Assembly (NCBI GenBank): GCA_964106645.2
Contig: OZ067040.1
Reading direction: 5' to 3' (one strand)
Source of the DNA: Podarcis pityusensis
Taxonomy: Eukaryota
Length of the DNA: 64,000 bases
This document shows, in pieces, positions 1 through 23,615 of the stretch (position 1 is its first letter; every line of letters starts with the position of its first letter). The notes under the pieces are model-generated. The model did no database searches. It saw only the letters and a program-made list of their open reading frames with translations, and had not been told where the DNA came from. Both the position numbers and the translations under genes were made by a program.

Positions 1-423
1 CACCCAGAGTTCACATATTGTACTAAAAAGCTCCAAAAACATGTAAGTTGCATGTCCCCTTCCCAGAGAAAATTATGGGACACATTCAAGCCAGAGTTCA
101 ATGTATTGAAGCCTCGTTGATTTCAAGTGGGGAGTTAAGCACAAGTCAACTGCTTCTTGTTATACTGTACTTACATCCTGCTCTGTTTTGAGAAACCCCA
201 GAGCACCTTAGATGGGGCTCCCTAATGGTCTGGTCATTGTTCGCCAGAGTTAGATGATCCACGACCAATCCCTGAACTGTATAGTACTTTAAAGTATTTA
301 TTTTGGTGCATCAAGTTGTAGGATCAAAAGGCAGGGTAAGAATAAAGCAGAACTATTTCAGCTTAAAATTTCTTGTACATGAGTAGCTAATCAAAATGAT
401 AATGTCATCTCTTTTTCTTACAG

Positions 424-11766
<11,343 letters not shown>

Positions 11767-11970
11767 CCTTAAGGACCAGCGGAAACGCACTGCCATAATG
11801 TTTAAAGCACTGGATTAGATTTAGAGCAAAACAAAATTTGCTCTTGGCTGAGGAGTGAAAGCTGTTCGTTGCTGCCTTTGCGGTAGAGTCTTCAGGCAGT
11901 TGATTCTCTGCAGCTGCGATATTAGTGCTCCACTCTAACATTGTGCAATGTGTACATACATTTTTTATTT

Positions 11971-11976
11971 AATAAA
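11971..11976 (+). terminator. DCBLD1 polyadenylation signal (AATAAA)
   Basis: AATAAA about 205 nt after the stop, preceded by TGTA and followed by GT/T-rich sequence (tctgttttgtcctgtgt). Confidence 0.65.
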
Positions 11977-13365
11977 AATAACTTAAACTTTAGTCTGTTT
12001 TGTCCTGTGTGGGCTGGGGGCTGTCAGTGAGAAGAATTGGTCACTGCACTGATTTCTAGACAAGGTAGGACAGTGTCCTAACAAAACAAAGCACGGCGTC
12101 TGGGGTTGTTTTCCTGTTGGTAGTTGTGCTAACTAGTTCTGACATGTTACACAGAAGTGGGAGCTAATTAAATTTAAAAGCTAATTTCCTCGGGTCATAT
12201 CCTATGCTGCAGAATCCCCTGCTTTGAACAGTTTTAACTGTGTGGATAAATCTGTACTTGTTCTGGGCAAAATAAGTTTTGAAAAAATGAGGGATGGTGC
12301 GTGGTATTGTGATGAGAAGTGATGCTAGTCAACTGCCACTGAGAAATAGCGGGCTCTTCTGTTTCATGGATTTAACTGTGCCTGTAAATGGTCCATTCTT
12401 TAGCCCCAGATTAGGACAAGGGAAAATACCAAGACTAGAACACAGAGCTGAGTCTCTGCCATGGCCCTAAATATGCACCCCTTCTCCACCATAAATTGCT
12501 AATACAAAAACAGCATAGTTGAGATCAGGCAGCCAGTAGGTTTCTAGAAGTAATTTTTCAAACACACCTCTAGTTTCATAATAGCATCTTCTGAAGAATT
12601 TCTAGGCTATCAGTACATATACTGCCCACTCTGTAGTAAGCCCCACCAAATACTGTGGATATTATAGTAGCACAACCCAAGCCTAGCAGTAGTAGTTTGC
12701 TTTGGGTCTGCCATCTCATTAAAAATGGGCTCTGCAAGTTGCATTCGGAAATATTTTTTGCTAGTTTACTCGCAGATGCTTAGATATTTCGAATGCGTTG
12801 TTCACAGGCTCCTTGTGGCAGCTTTGTGTTAAAAATGTTTTTTTGTGACTTTGTCTTAAGGGTTTCTTTTTAAAAAGGGGGGCAGGAAAGATGAACTGGA
12901 ATAGCTGTAAGGATCTCTACTTGTTATACTGACTTCCCCATCTGATTCTCAGGACTTTCCCCAGGCTACCACCTACTCCCCAAGCCACCTACCTTGCTCT
13001 GTGCATTTTTCCCATGCTTTCGCCTGCCTGGAATGAGTCCTTCAGCTCTGATGATGCTTCATTCTTGCTTAGATGGGGGATGGAGACATGTGTGTAGCCA
13101 ACTGGACAAAATTAAGAGTTCCATCTGCTGCCTCTCCCCCTTTTCCCTCTGGCCCTGCCCACTACTGGTATGCGACCCATGGGAGGTTGCTTAGGACAGC
13201 AGGTAGCCCTCAGGTTCCCCCATCCCTGACCTGACCCTCCTGTCTTTCCTAGCTCTGTTGTCCAAGATTCTCTAGGGACCAGTTCATGCGTATCTTTCCT
13301 ACAGAGATGCACCCTGCCAAGTGTACAGCTGATTTGCATAATCTTCACACATTAGGGTATTCCTA

Positions 13366-13573
13366 ACAAAAAAAAAAAACCCTTCCAGTAGCACCTTAGA
13401 GACCAACTAAGTTTGTTATTGGTATGAGCTTTCATGTACATGCACGCTTGCTCACGAAAGCTCATACCAATAACCGACTTAGTTGGTCTCTAAGGTGCTA
13501 CTGGAAGGAATTTTTTTCATATTGTCTCAACTACTGCAGACCAACACGGCTACCTACCTGTAACTAGAACTAT
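13366..13573. mobile_element. Penelope-like element fragment forming a 53-bp inverted repeat, with a 10-bp TSD
   Basis: Arms 13381-13433 and 13456-13508 are near-perfect reverse complements; GGTATTCCTA at 13356-13365 and 13574-13583; cgaaagctcatacc...taaggtgctac resembles recalled PLE terminal repeats. Confidence 0.7.
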
Positions 13574-16500
13574 GGTATTCCTATCCCTCTTGGATATTTT
13601 TCTTCCCCTACAGCAGTACACTTCTCGGCTAGGAGAAATTCTCTGCTAGGGTGAAGCAGCCCCCTAACTGGATAGGTCAAGGATTGAATCTAGAACCTTG
13701 TACATGGAAAGCATTTGCTTTTTCATATACATTGTGGCCCCTGACTTCCTTCCTGTGCAGTCTAGGAACCGTTTGTTTTCTGGGAGCCAGGCTTTCAAAT
13801 AAAACGTAATGCCAAGGCTTTCAGCTCTCTTGATAAGACGACTCCTTCTACTGAATGCAAATCCTGGTATTGCAATAGCAGGGTGTCTGGTACAGCTGGC
13901 CTTGGCAGTGTCCTAGTCAAAGCAAAGCCAGGGAAGAATATAAGAGAAGACTGCAGCCAAAACACCTTGGCTGAGAGCAGGCATTATAGGTTGTGGTGAG
14001 ACTCCTAACCATGTGTGGAGTTATTCGTATTAGTATCCGTATATATTTATTTATCCATCCCCTGCGTTCTTCCCTGACAGAGACTCAGGAATATTATCAT
14101 TATCAAAACCCAGGAGTTTGTAAAAAGCTTTGATTTTAAACACCACCACCAAATGCTTCTAAGTCTTTCTAAATCTTCACTCTTTAATGCATTGCTCCAT
14201 TGTTTTGCAAATAGGGAACGATAGTAGTTTCCTTTCCTCTTAAATGAATTCTGTATGTCTCTGGTTTCCACCAGAAGGCTCAGGCCACACAAAAGTTATT
14301 TGAAGGACATCTAGAAGACTGGACTACACCTCACAAATACGTAACAATTATTATTTAGATTCATCCAGATTTGCTCATCCTCGTTTTTGATTTTTAATTA
14401 ATCTACCACTATGTCTGTAAAGTGTTTAAGAGGAGCTTACAATATTATCTGGTCTTAAAGTGTGTTGGTGTTTGACTCACACTTGAGAGTTCATGTAGCA
14501 ACGAGGCATTTGTGAGTATAATAGCACACATAGCTTTCCCCTCAGTCTTGGGGTGGAATCTGATCCAGGGCAGTAATGACCAAACATAATTAGCTGCAGA
14601 GAGTTTGTTTATTGATCTAAATGTAACGACCTGATGTTCACATTCCAGTTTTTATGGACAGGTCTTGGCGAAATGCAGCTGTACTCTGAAAAGGAACCTA
14701 TAAAGGGCAGTGCTACACTTTACCATAGCTTCCACTCTCCTCCCTGCTGAGATCAACAAGGGTAACTGGTTGCAAGTATGAAGGCAGGCGAGGCTGGTGG
14801 CGCAGTGCCCGTTCGCCCAAATGGACCTGCCACCACCACCAAACAGGCCTCTCAGTTGAAAACCAATTATAGCTAGCCACACCTCCTGAAGGCTCTACAA
14901 GGCCAAGTCATGCGCATTTGCTTGCAAGCTCTGCAAGGACAAGAAAAGAAATCAGATAAGTTTATGAGTTGGGGTGGAGTGGAGTGGAGATGCCAAAGTT
15001 TGGGATGCAGCCATGTCATCTACTGTTTTATAGTTTAGAACAGTTTAGACACCACTCATTTTCCTATCCTGCTAAAGCTTGTGTTTTCTAACTTGAAACA
15101 AGATCTGCAGGACAACACCACATACAGAAGCTGCAGTGTATCTGATGCCTGCTGGCTCTTTCACAGAGGAATTATATATTCATATCTCTCAACTGCTCAC
15201 TAACTGCAGAATGCACTGCATCTTTATAAAAGCATTTGCTCTCTAGCACCTTATCTGTGCTCGCAAGCAACGTAGGAGGCAACAGGATCATATCAGGGGT
15301 TTGGCCGACTAGTGTGTGCTTTCTTCGCTAACAGTTTCCCAGATTGGTTTCCTCTGAGTTTGGGAACTGTCTTCCCAAGAGCCAAGATTCATAAGCCTGC
15401 AGCAGCTTTCAAAAGTGACAACCCTTTGTCTTTAGAAAAATGGTGTGTGCTTGAAAGACATGCAATATTCAAGCTCCCTGGTTTTGTTTTGTTTTTATAA
15501 AAATGGGAAATAAGGTATTGTGTGGGTGGGCAACAACATCACACAACATCAGGCAAACTTTCATATGAACTGTGCTAGAACTGTAAAACTCCATGCAAAA
15601 CCTTACAGTGACAAAACTACCTACACCCTAAACCCTATTAACCCACAAACAGGATTGCATCAAAGACCAGCTAGTGGAGATACTAGTGCAGTCCAGGAAC
15701 ATTTCAAGAAACTCAGAAATGATTTCTGAATTATGATTCTTTAGACAGTGAGAGTCTCATTTTTCAGATGCCACAATAAGTGATACCTGTGTAGAATCAG
15801 GCAACATATTAGAGAGATTGTGTATATCTCCTTGTTTTAGAATGCTGTTGGTTTTATTGGTCTTGTTTGATAAATATTGTGCACCATTTTATGTAAACCA
15901 ATTAGGGATTTGTCATTTTCCATTAAGTGGTCTATACATTTTGATAGATGAAATCAATCGATATTTTGCCCACACAATTACTATGAGACGCGTGAAGGTT
16001 ACGAACAAATGTTTGCGCTCTCCATTCCTGCTGATAGCAGAAATGTAAGAAAGAAGACACCAGCAAATATCATAAGCAGATCTTCTTTAAGACAGCTTTT
16101 CTCATTTATGGCTAAGCTGTTTATCCTTAAGTGACACCATCTGTTCTCATTGTCAGTTTTGTGAAGTGTGAATTGGCCAACAAGAAGAAATACTGTAAAC
16201 TCAGTGTAGTGCACATGTAAACGCCATACTGAGCTGAGAAACATAGGAAGTACAGAAATGAAAAGTTGATAATTTTCATTTTATTGTAGACAATTATTCT
16301 GCTTAATACTCAGGTCTCCTATCTAGCCATTCAGAAAGATACGGAGATTTATGCACAGTAGTGCTAAATCCATCACATATTGCAAAGAACATTGAAAGTT
16401 TTATAAATCTGTCACTATTAAATTCATTGTAGTATGGCAAAGAATAGTAAATAACTATTTCAACCTAAAGTTACAACCTAGTTAGACTGAATAATTTTGA

Positions 16501-17650
16501 TTTATGGCAGTGCAGCTCTTACTTCAGTGGGACAAACAGTCAGTCACGAAGCTGTGGTATTTATTGAATTCAAAACCCTTCCTCCACACAAAAGCCCAGC
16601 AAGCAACAACAAAAACTCTTTTCAATCAGCATTAAAGTGGTTATTGAACCACTTGCCTTCCATAGCTTATTTTGAAGCCCAAATGAGGTCACAGGAAAGC
16701 AGATAGGATTGTCTCACGCCTGTTTTGATATATCCCAGAACCAGACACAGCTACGTATGCTTCCAAAGCAATCTCTAGCCTCGGATAACAAAGGAAGCAG
16801 ATGCAGCAGCCAGTGTTTTTACTGTATACCCCACTTCCACAGACATTACAGCAGGATGCTACTGTAATCACTTAAAGGTGTAAGAACATAACAAGAAAAA
16901 CTTGTTGGCAGCAAAATGCACCTTTCAGTGGCCTGTCTGACCAGTAAGGTTTTTAAGAGGTCTGAAAGAATTCTAGGAGCTGTGTTCCCCCCTCAAAGAA
17001 CTACTGTTTCCAGCACCCAGAACAAACTACAGCTCCCAGGGATGTGTCTGTGGGGAACCATATGTTCCAAATGTATGGTACATACGCAGCCAGAGTCGTG
17101 TGTGTGTACCTCAAGTACTTCCACCGGCAAATGGAGACTTCTCCTAATGCTCACCTCTGGTTTTTGGACCCTCATGTTGCATCAGTTATGAATGACATCA
17201 TAACCAATTATATATGCATTTGCATTTTTGTAGATTGTTACATTTTGCAACACAGGGGTTTGTGTTTGTTCGTATGTTAAAATCTGGCTGGAAGGCCCTG
17301 CTTGGCAACCTGCTGCCAAGTGATATCTACAGTATTCTGCGGTGACTTCAGAGACGATCTTCTCGGGACTGGCCCCCTCCTTATGGAATGCTCTCCCCTC
17401 TGAGCTCTGACTGGCACCTTCTCTTTTTGTCTTTCAGGGCCAGCTGAAAACATGGTGCTTCCCCCCACACCCACTCAGGCTTTTGTAGGATGCTAGCTGT
17501 CGTTACCAGGTAATTTTAATGGGTTGCTGTAGTTATGTGCCTTATCTGTTCTTGTTTTATATTAAGATGGATGTTCTATTCAAATTGCATTAGCGTACCA
17601 TGCCCTGGATCACTTGTGATGAAAGGCAGGTTGAAAATATTTTACATAAG

Positions 17651-17819
17651 AAGTGGAATACAGAAAAGGGAGGCGTGAGGAGGTCTGGGAAACAAGCAAA
17701 TGAAAGATAAGTGATTGAAAGACTGAATTGTTTTTAACTATTTTTATTTTGTATTTTTTTTTTCTATTTTGTAATATTTTGAAAATCCTAATGAATATCT
17801 TATAAAAAAAAAAGAAAAA
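17651..17819 (+). mobile_element. Short L1-type 3' end with an 18-bp TSD
   Basis: GAAAATATTTTACATAAG at 17633-17650 and 17820-17837; A-rich tail; ggaatacagaaaagggaggcgtgaggagg motif. Confidence 0.8.
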
Positions 17820-18410
17820 GAAAATATTTTACATAAGCACTGTGAGAAGCTAAGACTGAGAAGTACTTTGGATCCCACTCAAGGACTTAACACACTTTGT
17901 CATAGCGTTTCTCCGAAAAGGAAATCTGAAGCGTTTGCTGCCACCTTCTGACATTTTTTAAATATAGACACAGGCTCTGAATTTCCTGGAATTCAAAGAT
18001 ACATGAGAAATGGGAAAAGGTTAAAAACCCAAACCAGCATGCTAGGTATATTTTGCTCTTCCTTCAAACAAGTTTTGTTTGCTGCTTAATGTCTGTGGCT
18101 TAATTAGACCTGTTACTTGATTCAGGGCCTCATGAGGCTGAAGATCTGCTCTATTAAATTCCCCCTTTTATTACAAGCAGCTCAAGGCTCTTCATTTCCC
18201 CGGGTTATCCTCGCAACCATGTGAGGTACGCAAATCTAAGCAACAATGATTGGCTCCAGGTCTCACCACAATTTTATGGCAAATTTAATCCTGGGGTAGG
18301 AGTCACCTCACCACCCTTGTCAGCAAAGCCCAAGGATTTCCATTTGCATAAGGCTTCCCCACCCTCCCCCAAATTTGGCACTGGGGGTCTAGCAACCCCC
18401 CAGAACAGTA

Positions 18411-18652
18411 CAGTGGTACTTCTAGTTAAGAACTTAATTCGTTCTGGAGGTCCGTTCTTAACCTGAAACTGTTCTTAACCTGAAGCCCCACTTTAGCTAA
18501 TGGGGCCTCCTGCTTCCACTGCGCCACTGCTTCGCGATTTCTGTTCTCATCCTGAAGCAAAGTTCTTAACCCGAGGTACTATTTCTGGGTTAGCGGAGTC
18601 TGTAACCTGAAGCGTCTGTAACCTGAAGCGTCTGTAACCCGAGGTACCACTG
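18411..18652 (+). mobile_element. Tc1/mariner (Tigger-like) MITE, family A
   Basis: TA|CAGTGGTAC...GAGGTACCACTG|TA terminal inverted repeats with a TA TSD. Confidence 0.85.
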
Positions 18653-19737
18653 TACATGGGGAATGTCTTTCTCTCTGGAAAACTGGAATATTTGCACAGA
18701 TGAATGAATGGAAGTGTGTTGCACTGAATCCCATTCTTGGTCTCCCAGGCTTTAGGGCACTTAATACCCCTCCACCTAATTCCACATTCGGGGGGGGGGG
18801 GGGAGAGATGTAGAAGTCGTGGAACGGGAATTATTATTTCCCATGGGGCTGCAAATGTATGGGGGTCCCTTGTTAGCACCTTTAAAACAAACCAACTTAG
18901 GCTTCAGTCTACTTACCAGAGAGCAATTCCCACGGAAAAATCAGCGTAGCCTGTTGTAGTCCCCGGCTTCCATTGTCCACTTTCTTTCAACTAGAGGCAG
19001 ACAGCCTGTTCCATAGATTTGGTGCTGAACAGGATTTTGTAAAACAATTCTTTTGCAGCTCTGGACGTTTGTAAAAATTTAAAAGCCAAGTTTCTTTAAA
19101 TTGCAATAGTTTACTATTAAAGCACATGTTTCATTGCATTTGTTTAAATAAATGTTTACTTGTTGAAAATGAAGATTAAAAATGCTCCTTCACAGGATTT
19201 TAAAAAGTGCCTTTTGGAGTTCATTTTCCCCAGTTAAAATTCATTTTAAAAAGGAATTCACCCCAAAGGACGAAGTTCTTTTTCCTCAAGACTACATGGC
19301 CCAGAAAAATAAGAGGCCCAGAGCTCAGACAATTATTAAGGGAAGGGGGGGGGGGAGGAATTCCAGAGTTGTCCAGCAGTCACACAGAATGTATTCTAAT
19401 ATGCCTTTATCACACAGATGCATTGCATAGACAAGAGGAGAGTGCTCTTGTGCTCATGTTCTGCCCACTGGATTCCCATACACATTTGGTTGGCCACTGT
19501 AAGAACGGGATGCTGGACTGGATAGAACATTGGCCTGCAGGCTCTTCATATGTTCTTTATTAAAATTAGGTAAGGTCAATCAGGGTCAGTGCTCATTCTC
19601 AACACATCACTTTGGGCAATTAAGTTTTTAGTTGCAACTAACTACACTAATGTGCAACTTGCTCTTGAACTATCATTGAGCAAAAAGGAATTCTGAAATG
19701 TAAAATTAAGTGTTCCAACCACAATAATGCAAACAAC

Positions 19738-19747
19738 TTTATTTACA
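19738..19747 (-). terminator. Probable GOPC polyadenylation signal (TGTAAATAAA on minus strand), implying a 3'UTR of about 3.8 kb
   Basis: The + strand reads tttatttaca. It marks the end of an AT-rich, apparently TE-free stretch running up to the GOPC stop. Confidence 0.55.
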
Positions 19748-22700
19748 GGCTAATCAAATTAATCAAACTCAGCTGAAGTAAGTAGAATTAAGTTGCAAAG
19801 GTCTGCAGGACTGAGGTCAGCATAAAATGGAAGGGGAATTAGCAAAGACTATATAACCACAAAAATCTGGACATTGCATGTTGCCCAATAGTCTTACAAA
19901 CTCTTACATGTGTGGTATGCTGGCTTAAGGGAAACTGAGGCACACTTCAGAAAACAGATTTCTGTTCAGCAAAATGCCAGCTCTGGGTTCAGTCTGACAT
20001 TTCACCAAGATTCAGTTGTTGGTTTCAAACATTAGAAATCTAGTATTCCAGGGATTTTACTTCTCCTGTAGCTTCTGCCATCTTTAAAAACTGCAAGAAA
20101 TAACAGTTTAGATGGCTAATGGAATACACATACAATTAGAATGTAAAATTTTCTGACAAACTCTATACAACTGAGCATAAGAATATTGACTTTCCCCAAA
20201 AGGCCTTCAAGCCTAATTCATCCAGCCCTTGGAAAACTAGCTATTGACAAAGCTGGGGGAAAACCACGTATTACGTACCACGTCTGAAAATTCCAACATA
20301 TTATAGTTGCCGGTGTGGCAGTCTACATGATTGGTCAAATAGCAGTGCAATCACAAAAATTCACAATAGCATCAGAGCAAAATTTCAGAGGTCTGGGCTT
20401 TCCCAAAGTGTGCCTAGACAAAACAATGGTGGGAAGTGTCTGAGGGAATTTCTGTGCAGTTATTTATCAGTGCCGTTTACAACCGTTCACTGACTTGTGT
20501 GCAGTGATACCGTCACAAGGAGAACAAAGCAGTACCAGCAAACAGTGTTCAACAATAGCCTGATTTTAATAAATAGCGAAGTTGTGCAAATGCAACAGAG
20601 AAAGGTCGTCTGCATTTTTGTCACTTCAGACAGAACAAAAGTATATCAAGCGGAGAACATGCTTCTTCGCTTGAGAGTGGAAAGTAACATTCTCTCATAG
20701 ATAATCCCTGGATTACTGTTAACAAGGGATATAGGAAAGCTCTTTCGATAGACCAAGATTCAACATGCTCAGAAATAGTGCAAAATGGAGCAAACATTAA
20801 AGAGAGTTCATTCTAAAAAAGGGGGATACCAGGTAATTTCTTTCGCACATGTCCTACTGACAAAAACAGGCTTGTGTAGGAACACTGTGCTCCTATGTCA
20901 ACTCTCCATTTTGCTCCCCTTTAGATTCCCTAATGAAAAGCAATACACAGGGAATGTTTTTGTAATATACACCAGAAAACATCATATGCTGCTTAACAGC
21001 CTCATATGGCAGGGCAAAGGCACATCCATGAACAGCAGAAAATGCAGCCTTTCCAATTTCATGGCTTGCTTAAAATACTAGGCTTGCAATGGAGGCAGTA
21101 TCATGGTTAAGATTACTTTAATATACAGTATTAAAGGAGCAGCTATAAAATTTTACTGCAAATCAAATACAGTTCCATGAGCAAAATGACACACAAAAAT
21201 TATTTTATGAGCAACAGTTAAAGAATTTATAAATAGCAAAATCTTTGCATAAAGTATTTACATTTTAAAGATTTCTCTATAAACATATGTATATATATAG
21301 TGCACCTAGGAGAGACAAGTTTAACCGTGTTCTACAACACAATGGTTTTTTAACATTAAACATTAGGTTAACTGACATTACACTAAATGCCTTTCGCTCG
21401 CTCTCAATTTATGTACATTCTATAAAAACACTTACAAAGCTGTCATTTTACATTATTTGCACTCTCAAAATACATCTTTACATGTTACATTTTAATGGCC
21501 CGCAAAACAATGAATGGAAAGCAGGCGTTTCATGCTTTATCCTATTATAATAAAAGCTATTACATGGTTTTTAACTGTTTGCATATGGAGAGTGTGCGCT
21601 CTAATAAGATATAGATACATACATACATATATATATATAAACATACACACATACACATAACTGAACAGCAACCTAGCCAAGACAACCCCCAATGGATTCT
21701 AAAAATGCCTTTGGCATTCAGGTGTAAAACTATTTTGCACATTTGGGGTTTAAAAAAATATACCGTAGTTCTGTAAAATACTAGGACTATTATACTGTAA
21801 CAAATTTGGTACGTGATCCTGCACAGTCTTAAGTATCACCTGGCAAGATACAGGATGCACTCAATTCCCACTTGCTAAGGGCCAGTTGATCCAAACCTCT
21901 CAGTGTAGCACAGCGTGGGTACCCAATGACATGGCAAGCACTGCATTTATGGATGGAAACAATGATCGCTATGACACGATCATAACTGGAGAACACCTTC
22001 CACAAGGGATCTAATCACATGGAGTTCTGGTGGTCTACAGACTTTTAAACACACAACAGGCAACTGGGCAATCGCTTTCATGTTGCCTTACAACACTGCA
22101 ATACATCTTAAAAAAAACAGATGTAAAAATGGTATGATGAAGCATTCTCTGGACACAGCCTGAAGCAATCTGATGACTATTTAGCCACAGATTAAATGGT
22201 TTATTATGTATCCAACACCATCCTCCCATCTTAAGAGTGTCAAGTGAATCAGTTCCTATAGCAAAGGATTTAAATCAAAAATTTGAATCGCCCCTCTTAG
22301 CAACTCTCGTATAAAACCATGCCTACAGAGAATGTTTTGTAAACTTTTTGGACTGCATTAGAGGCACATTTTCATTCCAATGCACAGCAACCTTTACAGT
22401 TATCCATGTGGACGGGATATATGTGGAAATAGGTTGTTAAAGGATCTAAGGCATGATGTACTCCCATTCTGTGGATGAGCCACATTGTCAAAAGTGTAAC
22501 AGTACTATTAGCCTGTAGGGCACAGAGCTCCTTTAGACAGCCCAGGGTCACATAGATGGCACTGTGTGGCAACTGTAAAAAATACTATGCAGTGGAAAGA
22601 ATGGTCATCTAACTCCATCCTAATTCAGTTCACACAGAATGGTAGCCACCCAATGATACAATTCTGTAAGTTGAGCATGCTACACTTAAGGGCAGACATA

Positions 22701-23502
22701 ATTCCAAGAGGCCAATTTTACACTTATTTTGCATTTTAAAATTAACAGTATTCTGTTTAATACCTTTGGAGAATACTTCACATCCAGCATTGATTGGCAA
22801 GAGAGTTTAAAGGAATATATTTATATATATATGCTGCATTAAATAATGCTGAAAAACATCTCAGGAACAGATCACTAGGATCTATTTCAGAGATTTAACG
22901 TCACAATAAATATTTAGCAGCTAAAATGTTTTGTATGTGTATGTTTTAAACCAAACTTATTTTTGTATATTGTGAAAATCTGAAATGAATTGACTTTGCT
23001 GTTTACCTTTTTACAATACACATTTTAAAAGCAACTAGGTAGGTCAGGAATATACCTCTGAGAAATCATGTCTCCCTTATATATGGTCATTAAAATCTAT
23101 TCCTCTATCAAATGAATGCCAATTTTCTGCTTCTGCTATTAGTCAGAGGATCCAAGTGTCAAAGTTCTTTTGCTTTAGTCTATCCCTTTTATCATAAACA
23201 AGATCCAAAGTTAAATTCAAGAAAAGCCTTTGGAAACAACGTGCTTTGGTGCTTATAATTCAAGGGAAATTCATCTGACATGCAACTTCTTAGAAAAATG
23301 GGAAATTTTACACATTTAGATACGCTCATAATGAAGCCCTGAGGTAACCAACAGAACAGCTTTTTTCCAGGCAACAGCAACACAGCTTCTCTTTATCCCT
23401 TTAATCATCCTTTATAATTTTATGTGGAATTTTGAATGCAGAACGGTCTACACAACCTGTCTTGAGGAAGAGACCAGTCCCACTGATGAGTTAGGGGTGG
23501 TT

Positions 23503-23615
23503 TTAGGCTAAGCTTTCAGCAGATTGGTCTAGTTTAGATATAGTCTCTTCTGTTTCAACTGAATTTCCTAGGTCTCCATTTTCATGGCCATCAATACTTG
23601 CTTTCTTATCAAACA
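23503..23615 (-). CDS. GOPC: GOPC terminal coding exon
   Basis: ttctctcttttgcag| acceptor; [37 protein letters not shown]. Confidence 0.9.

Noticed and set aside
13434-13460. Functional hammerhead ribozyme or pre-miRNA in the long hairpin
   Set aside because: The CUGANGA catalytic box is absent on both strands, and the hairpin is explained by a TSD-flanked TE insertion
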